Origin: a virus
IMG/VR virus record: IMGVR_UViG_3300046008_000291
Span: 64,001 to 128,000 of that record
Length of the DNA: 64,000 nucleotides
Strand: one strand, 5' to 3'
In this document: one piece after another, positions 10,028 through 19,161 of the stretch
How the letters are laid out: every line of letters begins with the position of its first letter
Position numbering within the stretch: the stretch's first letter is position 1
Translations under genes and position numbers: made by a program
The notes under the pieces: generated by a model
Database searches by the model: none
Told to the model about the DNA's origin: nothing
What the model saw: only the letters and a program-made list of their open reading frames with translations

Positions 10028-10779
10028 TACGGGGTTCCAAAGCCTGCTATGTCGCCAGTGACAGTTACGGTACCTGAGGTGTTCAGGCTCATTTTAACTG
10101 CGCCATTGTAGGCAAAATATAAACTAGTACCAGTTTCGTAAATCTGCCAACCCGTGAATTTAACGTTGGCACTGGTTGTAACATTGCCAGTGAATGTGGC
10201 TCCACTTAAATCAGCCTTACTTGCAATTTGTCCAGACTGTGTTGCAGCATTGCTAGTTAGAGTAGCAATACTACCAGCTTGTACTCCAGCATTGGCTGTC
10301 CATGCAGTAGTAACTGCGTCAACATAACCTTTCATGTTGGTGTTGGCTGTGGTTATCGATGAACTAGTAGTTGATATTTGTCCATCAACATAACCTTTCA
10401 TGTTGGTATTGGCCGTAACTATTGCAGCATTAGCACCCGTAATTGAACTACTTACTGTAGTGATTTCATTTGATTGTATAGTATTGGCTGCATCAACATA
10501 ACCTTTCATGTTGGTGTTGGCTGTAACTATTGCTGCATTCGCTCCAGCAACTGAATTACTAACGGTTGTAACTGCTGATCCTAGCGCATAACTGGCGGCT
10601 GCTGTTCCGCCAAGGAAGCTGGCATTATTTGCTAGACTAGCAGTTCCTGTAAAATTAGTTGCAGTTACATTACCTGATGTGATATTACCAGTGACCGATA
10701 GGTTACTTAGAGTACCTACTTGGGTAACATTACTTTGTATATTATGTAGTACGTCCGGTGTTACCTGTGTTAATGCCAT
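10027..10779 (-). CDS. Short tail-fibre-like protein (mini-paralogue of the 1642-aa fibre)
   Basis: Repeats GANAAIVTANTNMKGYVD shared with 13456-18384; ends GDIAGFGTP; TAATG stop/start coupling to the adhesin. Confidence 0.7.
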   Translation of the reverse strand: MALTQVTPDVLHNIQSNVTQVGTLSNLSVTGNITSGNVTATNFTGTASLANNASFLGGTAAASYALGSAVTTVSNSVAGANAAIVTANTNMKGYVDAANTIQSNEITTVSSSITGANAAIVTANTNMKGYVDGQISTTSSSITTANTNMKGYVDAVTTAWTANAGVQAGSIATLTSNAATQSGQIASKADLSGATFTGNVTTSANVKFTGWQIYETGTSLYFAYNGAVKMSLNTSGTVTVTGDIAGFGTP

Positions 10780-10805
10780 AGTTATTCTCTGTTATATTGT
10801 ATTTA
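10734..10805. repeat. 72-bp direct repeat, copy 2 (copy 1 at 8216-8287)
   Basis: Direct comparison shows 2 mismatches; copies are 2518 bp apart. Confidence 0.92.
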
Positions 10806-10875
10806 ACTAAAAGTTTTACATTACACCCGTTTAATATCAACTATAATATAGGAACACTTAAAGACAGTCTTTTAC

Positions 10876-11019
10876 CTAACTATTTGCAGCTACTTTAGCG
10901 TCTTCTACAATCTTCTTTTCAGCAATTGCGGTTGTGTAATCTAATCCACCAGCAATGATTTGTGCTTTTAATGCCTCTAATACAAGTCTAACTTTATTTT
11001 GTTCTACTCTTTCGGAACG
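10876..11019 (-). pseudogene. C-terminal remnant of a paralogue of the 8423-8818 gene
   Basis: Translates RSERVEQNKVRLVLEALKAQIIAGGLDYTTAIAEKKIVEDAKVAANS-stop versus RSERVEQNKARLVLEALKAQIIAGELDYPTVIAEKKITEEAKLAAV in the intact gene. The 5' part is missing. Confidence 0.85.
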
Positions 11020-11038
11020 CGGGCAATGTCTTATCTTA

Positions 11039-11896
11039 TTATGTAGCAATTATATTATCATATTTCAATGGTATTCCATTTGCTTTATAAAACCCCAATG
11101 TTTCTGTGGAGCCTTCCCCATTAAGAAAGGCCGCACCTTTTAATTGATTAATCGGTGCAAAGCCAGCATTGACTGCCAACCTTACGCCTGTGAATTCCTC
11201 ATCTTTAATAAATTCAAAATGACGCGGAGTTCCAGCAAAAATACTTGGCTTATATGTGTTTATATAATGGCATAAATTTAATTTTGATGGACTAGCATCC
11301 AATAAAATTGCGGTTATATCATTTTTTAATGCAACACAAATTGATAATGCAAAACCGTATGCGTGTGTTATTTTTTCCGCACAAAATAAACTTCTATCAT
11401 TTGTATCCAAAAGCAAATCCCCCATATATTCGCCCACATTTAACAATGTTTTTGGCGTATGCGAAATGAATTTTGGGGCGCCTGTTCTGCCTGATGTATG
11501 AAAAACAATACATTCTAAATCTTGCTCAAAATCTAATTGAGTTTCAATTGGCTTGAAATTTGAATAATCTATTTCATTTGCAATGATTAAAGAATTTTCA
11601 AATTTTTTTTTGGCTTGATTTAAAGTATTAAAATTATGCTCAACGCCACATTTCCCCGAACCTACTAAAACTGGGATGGCACCAATCCACATTGAACCAA
11701 ATATAGCAATTGGTAAAAAAGCCGTATCAGGCAGTTTTATAATAATAAAATTGCCCTTTTGGATATTTAAAAATTTTAAATAATTAGCAAATTTTTTAAT
11801 TGATAAAAAAATTTCATCACTTGAATGTGCCCCATTTTTATCAATAAAACATGGGTTGTTTTTATTGGTTAAAAAAAATTGTGAAATGAAATTCAT
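11039..11896 (-). CDS. C-terminally truncated ANL-superfamily adenylate-forming enzyme (acyl/aryl-CoA ligase-like); probably a pseudogene
   Basis: AMP-binding P-loop FHTSGRTGAPK, HAYG, and G(S)TE motif GEGSTE. Stops ~20 aa later, lacking the D-x-G/hinge motifs and the C-terminal lid domain (285 aa). Confidence 0.75.
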   Translation of the reverse strand: MNFISQFFLTNKNNPCFIDKNGAHSSDEIFLSIKKFANYLKFLNIQKGNFIIIKLPDTAFLPIAIFGSMWIGAIPVLVGSGKCGVEHNFNTLNQAKKKFENSLIIANEIDYSNFKPIETQLDFEQDLECIVFHTSGRTGAPKFISHTPKTLLNVGEYMGDLLLDTNDRSLFCAEKITHAYGFALSICVALKNDITAILLDASPSKLNLCHYINTYKPSIFAGTPRHFEFIKDEEFTGVRLAVNAGFAPINQLKGAAFLNGEGSTETLGFYKANGIPLKYDNIIAT

Positions 11897-12501
11897 TGTA
11901 TCAATTTTACATTTGATGAAATTTGATTTTTATTTATAAAACAAGCAAAAATTGATGGCTTAAATATATTTTCATTAACTATGTTATTGATAATTTCAAT
12001 TGCTTCAATTTTTGAATTGGCTTGAATATGGGTGCCAGTCCATAAATTAAACACTTGAAAAATTCCATCATTTTCATACGTTTCTATTGAATCAACACCG
12101 CACCATTCAACATCATTATTTTCATGATATTTTACCAAAGCGACTGAAGTCATTTTTTTGTATTTTTCAAATATAGATTCATAAATGATTTTTTGATTTT
12201 TTTTTGCTTCATTTAAAGTATTAAATTTTTGTTCAATTTCCAATACTTGGTTGTAAATAAAATAATGACTTACAGCATAACTTTCATTCCAATAATCCCA
12301 AGCATTGGTTGAATTAAATAAACTTTCCCACCATTTCAACGCTTCTTGGTCCTCTGTTTCTAAAGCTATATTGAAAACCTCATTATCTGTTTTCCCAGTC
12401 AACGGCTCATTTAATGAATTTTTACCATTAAAAAAATCCAAACCTTCTTGGCAAATTTCAACATCAGCTAATTTAATTAGATCTAAATTTACAGTTCTCA
12501 T
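11893..12501 (-). CDS. Hypothetical protein coupled to the gp38-like adhesin
   Basis: 202-aa AT-rich ORF with ATGA overlaps at both ends; no recognisable catalytic motif. Confidence 0.6.
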   Translation of the reverse strand: MRTVNLDLIKLADVEICQEGLDFFNGKNSLNEPLTGKTDNEVFNIALETEDQEALKWWESLFNSTNAWDYWNESYAVSHYFIYNQVLEIEQKFNTLNEAKKNQKIIYESIFEKYKKMTSVALVKYHENNDVEWCGVDSIETYENDGIFQVFNLWTGTHIQANSKIEAIEIINNIVNENIFKPSIFACFINKNQISSNVKLIQ

Positions 12502-13454
12502 GATACAGCCCCATAAACACGAGTTGTATTACCGCTTGTCCAAGTAACAGTGTATCCATTAAGCGCGACTGCTTTGCCACCTGCTCCACCAGCATATCCA
12601 CTCGCCGCTGCACCCCCTGCCGCCCCCCAGCCGCCACCACCGCCGCCGCTAACGGCTGCGCTGCTTATGCCCCCACCGGCATTTGCGCTACCGCCAGCAC
12701 CACCACCAGCAGTGCCACCAGCACCACCTGAGCCGGCAAATATACGGCCACCGCCACCGCCGGGATACCCTGTGGTAGATTTGCCTGAACCAGCTTGCCC
12801 ACCACCGCCACCGCCGGCGCCGCCACCTTTACCGCCTGAGGCGCCACCTGTTCCATTTGTACCGGCAGAGCCGACGCCGCCACCTACTCCGCCACCACTT
12901 TGCTGGCCAGCGTTACCGCCGCCAGCACCGCCACCACCTTGGAAAAAGCCCCCGCCACCACCGCCGCCGCCAATATAAGCAGAAGCATTCGTATTATTTA
13001 TTGTCACGATTGAACCAAGGCTTATGGCATTTCCACCGGCTAAACCTGTATATGGTGCTGTTGACGTGCCACCAGCACCACCCATTCCAGCAATAAATCC
13101 ATTGTTAATGATAGTTAAGCCGCCAGGAAAACTTCCGGTGGTTAATGCAGGAGTTCCCGTAGAAGTGGAATAAATCCAAACTCCCGAACCGATAGTGATT
13201 GTTGCGGCAGTAGAACCATCCCATCCATTCGCTAAAGCCCAAGTTCTTAAATTCAAATTGGTTTGATTTGATGAAATGGTTGCCAAGAACGCATTTGACT
13301 TACCATAGCCAACATTCATTGCTATAGCACCACTGCTTACTCCAAATAGTGTTCGTACCGCACTATCATTTAATGATATCTGTGCGGTGGCGGTTAAGCC
13401 AAGTTCTACGTTGATGTTGTTAAAGGATATCGCACCACTGGATGGTAAAGGCAT
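12498..13454 (-). CDS. gp38: gp38-like glycine-rich (polyglycine II) tail-fibre adhesin
   Basis: N-terminal docking domain, LTIINNGFIAGMGGAGG, many GGGGG tracts and C-terminal GKAVALNG..VTW..GN, the architecture of T2/S16-type gp38. Confidence 0.8.
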   Translation of the reverse strand: MPLPSSGAISFNNINVELGLTATAQISLNDSAVRTLFGVSSGAIAMNVGYGKSNAFLATISSNQTNLNLRTWALANGWDGSTAATITIGSGVWIYSTSTGTPALTTGSFPGGLTIINNGFIAGMGGAGGTSTAPYTGLAGGNAISLGSIVTINNTNASAYIGGGGGGGGFFQGGGGAGGGNAGQQSGGGVGGGVGSAGTNGTGGASGGKGGGAGGGGGGQAGSGKSTTGYPGGGGGRIFAGSGGAGGTAGGGAGGSANAGGGISSAAVSGGGGGGWGAAGGAAASGYAGGAGGKAVALNGYTVTWTSGNTTRVYGAVS

Positions 13455-13455
13455 G

Positions 13456-16400
13456 TTACTTGTCCTTTATTTGTTGCTCTAGCAAGTGGACCTGTTGTTG
13501 TAGTTCTTTAATAGCCGCAAACGCTAGGGCACACATCTTTTCATAGTCAACAGCCAAGTAGCCATCTTCTCTAGTGCGCACTGCTTCGGGTAACACCTGC
13601 TCAACGTCTTGTGCTATAACACCAAAGTCAGCTTTACGCATAAAGTAGTCATCTAAGCCACCGTGATCGGCAATGTATTCATCAGTCCAATCGAATAGTT
13701 TACCACCAATAGCTGTAACTTTAGCTAGTGCGTCGGGTATGTCACGCACATTTTCTTTTAAGCGTGAGTCCGAACTGTAGTAAGCTGTGATGTTGTTAGT
13801 GGCACGTATTTCACCACTAGTTCCACTTGCGGCTGTACCTACACCAAGACTTGAAACTTGAGTGCTTGAGTTTGGCACTGCGCTGATATAACCATTTGGA
13901 TTGGTACTGTTGTACGGAGTGTAACCAAGTGCAGTAGTAACTTGACCTGACGTTATACCAGTTAAGTAGCCACTTGGGTTTGTGCTGTTATAAGGAGTAA
14001 ATCCTAGTGCAGTAGTAACTTGACTAGAAGTAATTGCACCAACTAAATTTGTAGCACTTACGTTGCCGGCTGTAATATTTCCGTAGAAGGTAGCAGTAGA
14101 GCCGACATGTGTATTTGCATAGAGTATGCTCCACCAAGCTGATGTGCTACCTAAGTTTACGCTTACGTTAGCATTAGGTACCGGAGCACCACTTACTGTT
14201 AAACCAGTTAATGTACCAACACTAGTAACATTGGTCTGGGCCGCAGTTGTTAATGTTCCGGTTAAGTTAGTAGCACTTAGGTTATCTGCACCGACATTAC
14301 CTGTAAATGTTCCGCCAATTGATGTTAGGTTGCCAATTCGTAAGTTACTATAAGTAGCGTTAGTAAAGTCAATTGTTGTAGTAGGTTCTGCTGCTACATT
14401 AGCAAATAGTTTCCAAACGCCGTCTGTGGCATCACGCACAAAGCCAGTGTGTTGATATCCAGGATTAGTAAACGAACTTACGATACCGATATCTAATACA
14501 TCACCGGAGTTGTCATCGGCTAGATATATCAGCGAGTCAGCAATACTTAGATTGTTGGCATTAAATATTGTTTCAGTTCCAGCAACTTGTAAGTTACCGC
14601 TGATGTAAACATTTCCACTAAAACTTGCACCACCACTGACTACTAGTGCGCCGGTTCCTTCTCCGGTACTTTGTGTTGTATCAGTAACACGCAGATTACC
14701 ACTGGTCGATACGTTGCCTGTGAATGCTGCTCCTGCCAGTGCAGCTTTTTCTGTGTCTAATTCTGCCAGGGCATCTTGAACTGTAGTTGAACTAATTGTT
14801 CCAACCGGACTACTGTAGGTTGCATTAGCATAGACATTATAATCTGTATATGCGTCAACTTCTGCTAATACTACAGTTCCGCTAGTAACTCCTGTAGATA
14901 GTGTAACTGCTGAACTATTTGTTTCAGTATAGGCACTGTCAAACTGTCTAACACCATTGATGTATATGCGTAACTGTCCTGCACCCGGAGTGTATGTGAT
15001 TCCAGTGTATACAGTTTGTCCTGAAGTAGCAGTAAAATAAGTTCTACTGGTGCTGATAGTTGTACCAACTACGCTGCCTCCACCTGTTTCTGCACTCCAA
15101 TAGTAACTGCCTTCACCTGCAGTTTTTAATACGTAGCCACTGACTTCACCACTGGGTAATAGATTGTTTAATGCAGAACTAGTACTTGTTCCACCTGTAC
15201 CACCAGATGATATAGCCAGTGCAGATGTTAACGATATATTTGGTGCGGCCAAGGCGCCAGTAAATGTTGCACCCGATAATTGTGCATAGTTGTTTTGTAT
15301 AGTTGCTAATGTGCCTGCTTGTGCTCCAGCATTGGCCGTTAGAGTTGAATTTATTGCATCAACATACCCTTTCATAGCTGTGTTAGCAGTTACAATTGCA
15401 GTATTAGCACCGGTTACACTATTACTAATGGCTGTAATTTCATTTGATTGTATAGTATTGGCTGCATCAACATAATCTTTCATTGCTGTGTTGGCTGTAA
15501 CTATTGCAGCATTAGCACCGGTGACTGAATTAGTAACAGTGGTAATCTGCTCATCAACATAGCCTTTCATTGCTGTGTTGGCTGTGGTTAATGAACTTAT
15601 GTTTCCTGTATAAGATGGTAAGTATGCCGCTACATTTGTGTCAGTATACCCTGCTGGCAAGCCGGTTAGTTGACTGCCATCACCTATGATGTAGTCTGCA
15701 CTAACATTTCCTGTGATCGTTAACCCATCACTGCCAAATTTACCTACATTGCCGCCGGCAATAGAAACATTTACAAAGTCATCAGTTGCTTTGACCTGCG
15801 TGGTATTTGCAATAAGTATAGTCGGATCAACATCTGATGTTAGATTAATCGGAGTAGGGCTACCCGCAGGAGTAAAACTCAATGCATTGTCGACTACTTT
15901 AAGCAGTGCACCACCAATATGAATAGTACTGCCACTCATGTACAGGTCGCGCCACCACATTGAATCAGAACCCAGATCATATGTGACATTTGCTGTTGGT
16001 ATTAAATTACCGGTAATATTGACATTACCAGTAGATAATTCTACTTTAGACGTAGGTCCGTAGGTCAGTGATCCTATAGAAACTGCGCCAGCAACAATAT
16101 GTCGAATTTCAATAATATCAGTATCTTGCGGAGTTTCTGTGAATGTTATTACATTACCAGACATATTATATGATGTAAATGGTTGTTGCATTGTACCGTT
16201 GATACTAACTAGCAACCCGTCTGGAGTAGCCGAGGTTGTTAAATTATAGCTTGCAGTTAGTCCATCAGGGTAGACAGTTTCTGATGTAATTGTAGCTGCG
16301 CCCGGGTATGTCCATTCTGCGCCAGTCCAGTATTCCACAGCATCATTGTCAGTGTTAAAACGTATGTACCCTATCTCAGGATTTAGAGGACGAGTAATTA

Positions 16401-18384
16401 CATTTCCAACAGGAATGCCCAGTGCATCGGATCCAACAATTTGTACAATGCCTGTATTCTGTGCATCGATGTATATATTTCCACTTGATGAAATTGTGTT
16501 ATCAACTATTGATATGTTACCAATATTAACAGTATTGTAAAATGTTGATGCATTAGCTGTTATATTTGCAATTAATTCTGAATCAAGGGTAATTTCTAAT
16601 CTACTATTATTAGTTTCATCTATTAGATTTACTAGACTATCACCAATGACTAGGCTATTTGCAGCACCACTTAATGTTGTTGTTAGATAGTTTAATGTAA
16701 CTACATCCTGTGCGCTAACTGGATCAGCAACGTCAGATATAACACTACTATTAGCAAAAATATAACCATTAGTTGGTGCTATTGTTAAGTTAGCCACTGT
16801 TGATATAGTTGTATCAGTAAAGGTTACATTACCGACTTGAGTAAGAGTAATGTTAGCAATATTTGTAATGCGGCCTTTGCTGTCTACAGTAATTTTAGGA
16901 ATTCTATCCCATGTTTCATCATCTGCAGCACCATATGTGCCTGCAGTAACACCAGTGTCTGCTAAAGTTAATGCAATATTTGAAACATTACCACTGCCAG
17001 TAGCATCACCAGTAACTGTAATTGTAGTTTCTTGAGTTACAACACGAATATTACTTTCATAGATCTCATCAGCATTGATAATACCGGCTGTTGTAGTTCC
17101 TGTGATACCTAAATTTCCACTAATAGAAATGCTATCAACTGAGATGTTGCTTAAATTTGTTATGTTAGGCTGATTGCCTGTAAGTAATGTGCCAGTGATT
17201 GTGTTGGCTGTTATGGTGTTAGCAGTAATGTCTGTTCCGTTAACATTACCAGTAATACTAATATTTCCACCAATGGAAATGCTATCAACTGTAATATTTC
17301 CTAAATTAGAAATATAAGGTTGATTAGTTGTAAGTATCGTGCCATTTAAATTAGTTGCATTAATTGTATTAGCGTATACTGCACTCCACCATGTATCGGC
17401 ATAACCAATATTACCAGCAATGTTACTTGTTGGTACAATAGAGCTTTGCGCAATGATATTTCCACTGACTGTTAATGCTGATAATGTGCCCAATGATGTA
17501 ACATTAGTTTGGCTGGCCGTCAATAGTGTGCCAGTTAGATATGTACCACTAACATTGCCTGCGCCAACATTACCTGTTACGTCTAGTGATATTAATGTAC
17601 CTAAAGATGTAACATTAGGTTGTGCATTAGTCGCTAGTGTGCCGGTTAATACTGTACTTCCACTTGCACCGATGCTAGTAACACCGGATAATGTTGTGAT
17701 GTTTGGTTGAGCACTTGTTAGCAATGTACCTGTTAAGTATGTACCACTGACATTGCCTGCACCAACATTACCTGTTACATCGAGAGCAGTTAATATACCT
17801 GTTGATGTTATGTATGGTTGTGCTTGAGTTAGTAATGTACCAGTTAAATATGTACCACTAACATTGCCTGCACCAACATTACCTGTTACATCGAGAGCAG
17901 TTAATATACCCAGTGATGTTATATTTGGCTGTGCTGATGCAGTTACCGTAGTTGCCGATCCAATTACATTGCCGGTGATATTACTTATTATATTGCCTGC
18001 ATCAATATTACCAGTGACTGATAGGTTGCCTAACGTACCTACTGTGGTTATATTAGTTTGTATAGCTGTGGTTAACGTACCAGTGATATTTGTACTGGTA
18101 ATATTGCTAGTATAAAGGTTTCCGCTATAGATATTGCGCCAATATTTATTAGTCGCACCAATATCGTATGTTAAATTAGCTGAGGTTAATATATTGCCGG
18201 TTGTTACAAGAATGTTCCCAGTAACTTCTAATGATTCTTGGGGAGATGCCGTGTTGATACCAAGACGAAAGTTAGTAAAATCTAACTGTAATAATGTGTC
18301 ACTGTTGGTAGTGAAGCCTAGATCAAGACCTTGTCTATCTAGATTTCCTAACAGTGCTGCCCCGGGTACACGACCTATTGCCAT
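13456..18384 (-). CDS. 1642-aa long tail fibre with C-terminal Peptidase S74 intramolecular chaperone (gp37-like)
   Basis: C-terminus AYYSSDSRLKENV...FGVIAQDVEQVLPEAV...AVDYEKM...AIKEL; 37-aa tandem repeats; followed directly by a gp38-like adhesin. Confidence 0.85.
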   Translation of the reverse strand: MAIGRVPGAALLGNLDRQGLDLGFTTNSDTLLQLDFTNFRLGINTASPQESLEVTGNILVTTGNILTSANLTYDIGATNKYWRNIYSGNLYTSNITSTNITGTLTTAIQTNITTVGTLGNLSVTGNIDAGNIISNITGNVIGSATTVTASAQPNITSLGILTALDVTGNVGAGNVSGTYLTGTLLTQAQPYITSTGILTALDVTGNVGAGNVSGTYLTGTLLTSAQPNITTLSGVTSIGASGSTVLTGTLATNAQPNVTSLGTLISLDVTGNVGAGNVSGTYLTGTLLTASQTNVTSLGTLSALTVSGNIIAQSSIVPTSNIAGNIGYADTWWSAVYANTINATNLNGTILTTNQPYISNLGNITVDSISIGGNISITGNVNGTDITANTITANTITGTLLTGNQPNITNLSNISVDSISISGNLGITGTTTAGIINADEIYESNIRVVTQETTITVTGDATGSGNVSNIALTLADTGVTAGTYGAADDETWDRIPKITVDSKGRITNIANITLTQVGNVTFTDTTISTVANLTIAPTNGYIFANSSVISDVADPVSAQDVVTLNYLTTTLSGAANSLVIGDSLVNLIDETNNSRLEITLDSELIANITANASTFYNTVNIGNISIVDNTISSSGNIYIDAQNTGIVQIVGSDALGIPVGNVITRPLNPEIGYIRFNTDNDAVEYWTGAEWTYPGAATITSETVYPDGLTASYNLTTSATPDGLLVSINGTMQQPFTSYNMSGNVITFTETPQDTDIIEIRHIVAGAVSIGSLTYGPTSKVELSTGNVNITGNLIPTANVTYDLGSDSMWWRDLYMSGSTIHIGGALLKVVDNALSFTPAGSPTPINLTSDVDPTILIANTTQVKATDDFVNVSIAGGNVGKFGSDGLTITGNVSADYIIGDGSQLTGLPAGYTDTNVAAYLPSYTGNISSLTTANTAMKGYVDEQITTVTNSVTGANAAIVTANTAMKDYVDAANTIQSNEITAISNSVTGANTAIVTANTAMKGYVDAINSTLTANAGAQAGTLATIQNNYAQLSGATFTGALAAPNISLTSALAISSGGTGGTSTSSALNNLLPSGEVSGYVLKTAGEGSYYWSAETGGGSVVGTTISTSRTYFTATSGQTVYTGITYTPGAGQLRIYINGVRQFDSAYTETNSSAVTLSTGVTSGTVVLAEVDAYTDYNVYANATYSSPVGTISSTTVQDALAELDTEKAALAGAAFTGNVSTSGNLRVTDTTQSTGEGTGALVVSGGASFSGNVYISGNLQVAGTETIFNANNLSIADSLIYLADDNSGDVLDIGIVSSFTNPGYQHTGFVRDATDGVWKLFANVAAEPTTTIDFTNATYSNLRIGNLTSIGGTFTGNVGADNLSATNLTGTLTTAAQTNVTSVGTLTGLTVSGAPVPNANVSVNLGSTSAWWSILYANTHVGSTATFYGNITAGNVSATNLVGAITSSQVTTALGFTPYNSTNPSGYLTGITSGQVTTALGYTPYNSTNPNGYISAVPNSSTQVSSLGVGTAASGTSGEIRATNNITAYYSSDSRLKENVRDIPDALAKVTAIGGKLFDWTDEYIADHGGLDDYFMRKADFGVIAQDVEQVLPEAVRTREDGYLAVDYEKMCALAFAAIKELQQQVHLLEQQIKDK
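17750..17910. repeat. 111-bp-period tandem repeat in the 1642-aa fibre (50-bp identical core 17750-17799 = 17861-17910)
   Basis: Direct comparison; encodes ILTALDVTGNVGAGNVSGTYLTGTLLT units. Confidence 0.85.
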
Positions 18385-18403
18385 TAACTAACTCCTATTT
18401 TAA

Positions 18404-18410
18404 TATTTAG
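18404..18410 (-). promoter_or_regulatory. Late promoter (CTAAATA) for the 1642-aa fibre
   Basis: TAAATA core followed by an AGGAG RBS and ATG at 18384. Confidence 0.6.
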
Positions 18411-18422
18411 CTAAGGAACAGG

Positions 18423-18839
18423 CTATACTGTAGTGCTTGCAATATTGTGTAGTACTAATATAACTGCGCCACCAGTAGGCACACTTGTAAAATGTATATT
18501 TGTTGTTCCATTGAATGTGTAGTTAATGCCAGGATTTTGATATACAGTATTTAAAAATACCAATACCTGTGCCTCTTGTCCAGAATTATACGTTTTAGAC
18601 ATAGTAAAATCAGAAACTATATTATCACCAGCTAGGGTGTCTTTAGTAATAGTAACATCGCCTTCTTTAGCTACTGCGTTCCATACACTACTATTATAGA
18701 ATTCTAATTTGCCTGTTGAAGTATTATAACGAGTTTGCCCTACAACTGGCACATCTGGCCCAATTGAACTTGATCCAACTGGCACACCTAATGCATAGCT
18801 ACCTGTTTTAAATACTGTATTTTTAAGTAAGCGTCCCAT
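18423..18839 (-). CDS. Small virion structural protein
   Basis: 138 aa; GQTRYNTSTGKLEFY and VLVFLNTVYQNPG..Y...G..I.F...P motifs also occur in the neighbouring fibres. Confidence 0.65.
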   Translation of the reverse strand: MGRLLKNTVFKTGSYALGVPVGSSSIGPDVPVVGQTRYNTSTGKLEFYNSSVWNAVAKEGDVTITKDTLAGDNIVSDFTMSKTYNSGQEAQVLVFLNTVYQNPGINYTFNGTTNIHFTSVPTGGAVILVLHNIASTTV

Positions 18840-19151
18840 TTACATTCCTACGTAACTAACTGTTGCTGTTATTGCTGAATTTGCTGATGCTGCGGCTCGC
18901 AATGTATCACCGTTGGCTAATACAATTTTTTCCATATCAACAACAAAAGTATCATTACTTTGTATTTGAACACTTTTGTAAATTTGTACGTCACTGTTAA
19001 TTGTTGTTGTACCGCTAGGCACTGCATATAAATCAAATGTTTTAGCAGTAGCATCTGTGTTGCAAAAGTACATAACTGATACTACAGTATTGCCTGAACT
19101 GACATATACGTTTGATACCACTGTTGTTAATAAGGTGTTAGAAATTGCCAT
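18840..19151 (-). CDS. Small beta-rich virion protein (probable start MAISNT at 19151)
   Basis: FCNTD...FDLYAVPSG...KIVLANGDTLRA pattern, common in phage tail loci. Confidence 0.65.
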   Translation of the reverse strand: MAISNTLLTTVVSNVYVSSGNTVVSVMYFCNTDATAKTFDLYAVPSGTTTINSDVQIYKSVQIQSNDTFVVDMEKIVLANGDTLRAAASANSAITATVSYVGM

Positions 19152-19161
19152 TGTGTTAATC

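Noticed and set aside
12550-12978. Proline-rich 142-aa plus-strand ORF
   Set aside because: Reverse complement of the polyglycine codons of the gp38-like adhesin.
8145-18384. Diversity-generating retroelement or invertase shufflon as the cause of adhesin variation
   Set aside because: No reverse transcriptase or recombinase in the window; repeats are direct, not inverted; mismatches are too few to show adenine-specific TR/VR mutagenesis.
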